A DNA stretch of 22,514 nucleotides, from the NCBI RefSeq assembly GCF_006345805.1, contig NW_021836788.1:1-22514 (forward strand). The letters run 5' to 3'. How positions within the stretch are numbered: the stretch's first letter is position 1; each line of letters begins with the position of its first letter. Below are positions 19,394 through 22,514 of the stretch, in pieces. Below the pieces are notes generated by a model. That model did not search any database, was not told where the DNA came from, and saw nothing but the letters and a program-made list of their open reading frames with translations. The position numbers and the translations under genes are program-made. The DNA comes from Octopus sinensis. Taxonomy: Eukaryota.

Positions 19394-19668
19394 GCGCAAT
19401 TTTTAAGACATTACTTTAAAATTTTTCTCACATTATTATTTAAACAGCACAATTTTTTCTTTTTGCTATACAGTGGAAGCTCGTCCACTTGTATGCTATT
19501 GTCACTACTATAATATTGTTGTTGCCACTATTATGGTGTGGCAGTATTCTGCATTTTTTTATATTTCGCTTGTCTATCATGCTATTACTGATAGCTCCAC
19601 AAGACAATGACTTTGAAATGTCTACCCTGATGTTAACTCAAACTTGTATATATCACTTAACTGATATA

Positions 19669-19895
19669 TCCATTTTGGATTATCTAAAATATAGACAAAC
19701 ACCAACCTTTGTATGTGATTGGTTTCAATAATTGGTGGTGACATGTCTGACATGAAACCAATGGTAGCTTTAATGCACAAATAAAGTATCTTTATTCACC
19801 AGTATGTGCACATTCTCATTGTTTGATTGTTTTGTGTATAACATACACACACACACACTCAACACACATATACACATTCACTCACACATACATAT
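19669..19895 (+). repeat. Segment duplicated at 21366-21605
   Basis: TCCATTTTGGATT...AAAATATAGACAAACACCAA...TTTGTATGTGATTGGTTTCAATAATTG...CATGAAACCAATGGTAGCTTTAATG is present in both. Confidence 0.85.
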
Positions 19896-19906
19896 ATATA
19901 CATAAC

Positions 19907-19952
<46 letters not shown>

Positions 19953-20330
19953 TAATATATATACATTATAAATATATATATATGTATGTATGTGTGTGTG
20001 TTCCATTTTATTTATATACCTCAAGCTGCTTCTAATTCCTGTTTAATTTTTTCCAAGGCACAAAGCATTGGGAGATGCCATCGGATGGTGTTTAAATCCT
20101 TTAGCATATAATTGTAGTTGGTGATATGGTTTGCAGCGGGCCTTGTTCAGTTTGCGGTATTAATACATCACAGCAATGATGGAGCATCTATGTCTGTCGC
20201 TCTAAAAAGGAAGATAGGAGGGATATACATATGAATGTTAATTATATATATGTATTATATATGCATATGTATATATACATAATATATATATATATATAAT
20301 ATATATATATGTGTATGTGTGTGTGTGTGT

Positions 20331-20642
20331 GGGAGGTGCAATGGCCCAGTGGTTAGGGCAGTGGACTTGCAGTTGTAGACTCACGGTTTCGATTCCCAGA
20401 CCGGGCGTTGTGAGTGTTTATTGAGCGAAAACACCTAAAGCTCCACGAGGGCTCCGCCAGGGGATGGTGGTGGATCCCTGCGGTACTCTTTCGCCGAACT
20501 TTCTCTCACTCTTCTTCTGTAGGCCTGCTTGCTTAGCCAGTGGGGGTGCATCATTTGAAGGCCTAAAACAATGCGAAGCGCATTGTGACCAGCGATATGT
20601 AGCAACATCTGATAGCCTGGTCGATCATGGTGATCACAGTGG
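20331..20642 (+). mobile_element. Family C SINE with an alternative 3' tail
   Basis: 20331-20511 matches 9694-9874, then the two diverge completely. Confidence 0.85.
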
Positions 20643-20692
20643 TATATATATATATATATATATTATATATGTGGTATAATGTAATATATATA

Positions 20693-20735
<43 letters not shown>

Positions 20736-20763
20736 TATATATATATATATACATACACACACA

Positions 20764-20829
<66 letters not shown>

Positions 20830-21083
20830 CATGCATAAACTCAAACACAGTTTCAACAGCACCAATTCATATCTGTTGCAATTGCAACTACTATAATAGT
20901 AGTGCAATTTCTTCGGGTTCTTCACTTAGTATCCTTTAAGATTTTTGGTTTTTATATAAACCTGTGTGGGTTTATGTATGTATATATTATAAGATATATA
21001 TATATATATATATAGATATATATATATATATACTACACACACATGCATATATATATATATATATTATATATTATATATATATA

Positions 21084-21234
21084 CCACTGTGATCACCATG
21101 ACGGCCAGGCTATCAGCGATGTGCTACATATCGCATGGTCACAAATGCCTTCGCATTGTTTTAGCCTTCCAAATGATGCCCAACCCCACTGGTAAGCAAG
21201 CAGGGGCCTACCGAAAAAAAGAGTGAGAAGGAAA
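21084..21234 (-). repeat. Indel-rich inverted copy of 20500-20642
   Basis: CCACTGTGATCACCATGA is the exact reverse complement of the 3' end at 20625-20642; the rest aligns with many single-base indels. Confidence 0.85.
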
Positions 21235-22089
21235 TATATATATATATATTATACTATAATATATATATATATACTATTTGTGTGTCAAGGCCACCATTGG
21301 TTTCATGCTAAGAAATATCTCAACAAATTATTCAACCCAATCACACAGAAAAATTGATGTTCATCTCCATTTTGGATTTTCCAAAATATAGACAAACACC
21401 AATCTTTGTATGTGATTGGTTTCAATAATTGTGGTGACATGGCTTACATGAAACCAATGGTAGCTTTAATGTATTTTCAAAGTATTTTTATTCACCAGTG
21501 TGCACTCATTCTTATTGTTTGATAGTTATGCTTACACACACACACTCACACACACTCACACGCACACACACACATATACACATTCACTTACGCACATACA
21601 TATGTAATCTCCATGGTGTAATTTGAATATTACAAATAAATATTATATCTTTATTATGATTACATTTGATGCCCAATGTAATAACACCCCCCATACACAC
21701 GTGCACACACACACACACATACACAAGCACACACAAGCACACACACACACACACACAAACACAGACACATAGAAGTCTTACATTGTATTTTAATTTTGCT
21801 GAGTATCTATATTTAATATTGTTTTTGTTGTTTTCTTCGTTAATGTTATCGTTATTTTCACTCATTTGAAAATAATTTATTAGTTTTAGTTTGTCTTGTA
21901 ATGTCGTTTATTTAACGCAGAGTTAACGACATTATTACTGATTCACTAATAATATTTCTTAAATGTTTATGTTGTGTAATTTCATATCATAATAAAATAA
22001 ATGTTTTGTGGAAATTTGTATCTCCTGCAGGAATGGCATGTGAGGAAGCATAAGAGATAATGGCTTCTCCTTTTATATAGAATTGTATT

Positions 22090-22280
22090 CATCATCTTCA
22101 TTCTGATGTTTACTTTATCCTTCATGCATTGGTGTGTTGGAGCCAATCGAGGCCGATTTTCTACAGCTGGGTGCTTTTCCAGTTGCCAACCCTCACCTGC
22201 TTTCAAGCAAAGTAATGTTTCCCCGTGGCTGGACATGTTTTGGGGGAAGATTGAAATGAACAATACTGCTTGTGTGACTA
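22090..22280 (-). mobile_element. Diverged RTE-tail retroposon
   Basis: Minus strand GGTTGGCAACTGGAAAAGCACCCAGCTGTAGAAAAT...GATGATG. Confidence 0.65.
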
Positions 22281-22378
22281 TGAAACTTATTTACCACTAT
22301 TACACAATGCTAAGACAAGGAAACACAAACATAGGCACAGAACACACACACACACACATGCACACACAAAACACTTCT

Positions 22379-22514
22379 TATCTCCTCAAAGACATACATT
22401 ATCTTGAAAGAGTCCAGAAGCTAGCTACCCGCATGGTTCTTGGTCTCCAGTATTTGTCTTATGAAGAAAGGCTGAAGATGCTCGACCTTTATTCTCAAGA
22501 AAAAAACGACGCGC
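22379..22514 (+). pseudogene. CR1-type LINE RT C-terminal fragment running off the window
   Basis: YLLKDIHYLERVQKLATRMVLGLQYLSYEERLKMLDLYS matches the CR1 pattern LERVQRRATxxxxGLxxLSYEERL. Confidence 0.85.

Noticed and set aside
3452-20400. Functional tRNA genes
   Set aside because: All tRNA-like segments are SINE heads that continue into repeat bodies and lack a complete acceptor stem.

Overview
Eukaryotic, AT-rich, repeat-saturated intergenic or intronic DNA with no intact protein-coding gene. The SINE families look like those of octopus/coleoid cephalopods (recognised from memory, not searched). Almost all ORFs in the track are microsatellite translations or retroelement debris. Contents: a non-autonomous Helitron, many tRNA-derived SINEs, RTE and CR1-type LINE fragments, a fossil Penelope-like GIY-YIG endonuclease and long microsatellites. 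The main hidden signal is hammerhead ribozymes (HHRs). A ~413-bp tandem repeat (1455-2321, with further pieces at 37-969) carries a type I HHR; the copy at 1615-1666 has a fully canonical core and all three stems, so the array looks like a non-LTR retrozyme that could give a ~412-nt RNA or circRNA. A second 554-nt-period repeat (10427-11326) has an HHR-like motif in each copy. Further HHR-like motifs lie in Penelope-like fragments at 2405-2696, 4368-4401 and 16620-16673. All folding and alignment was done by eye.
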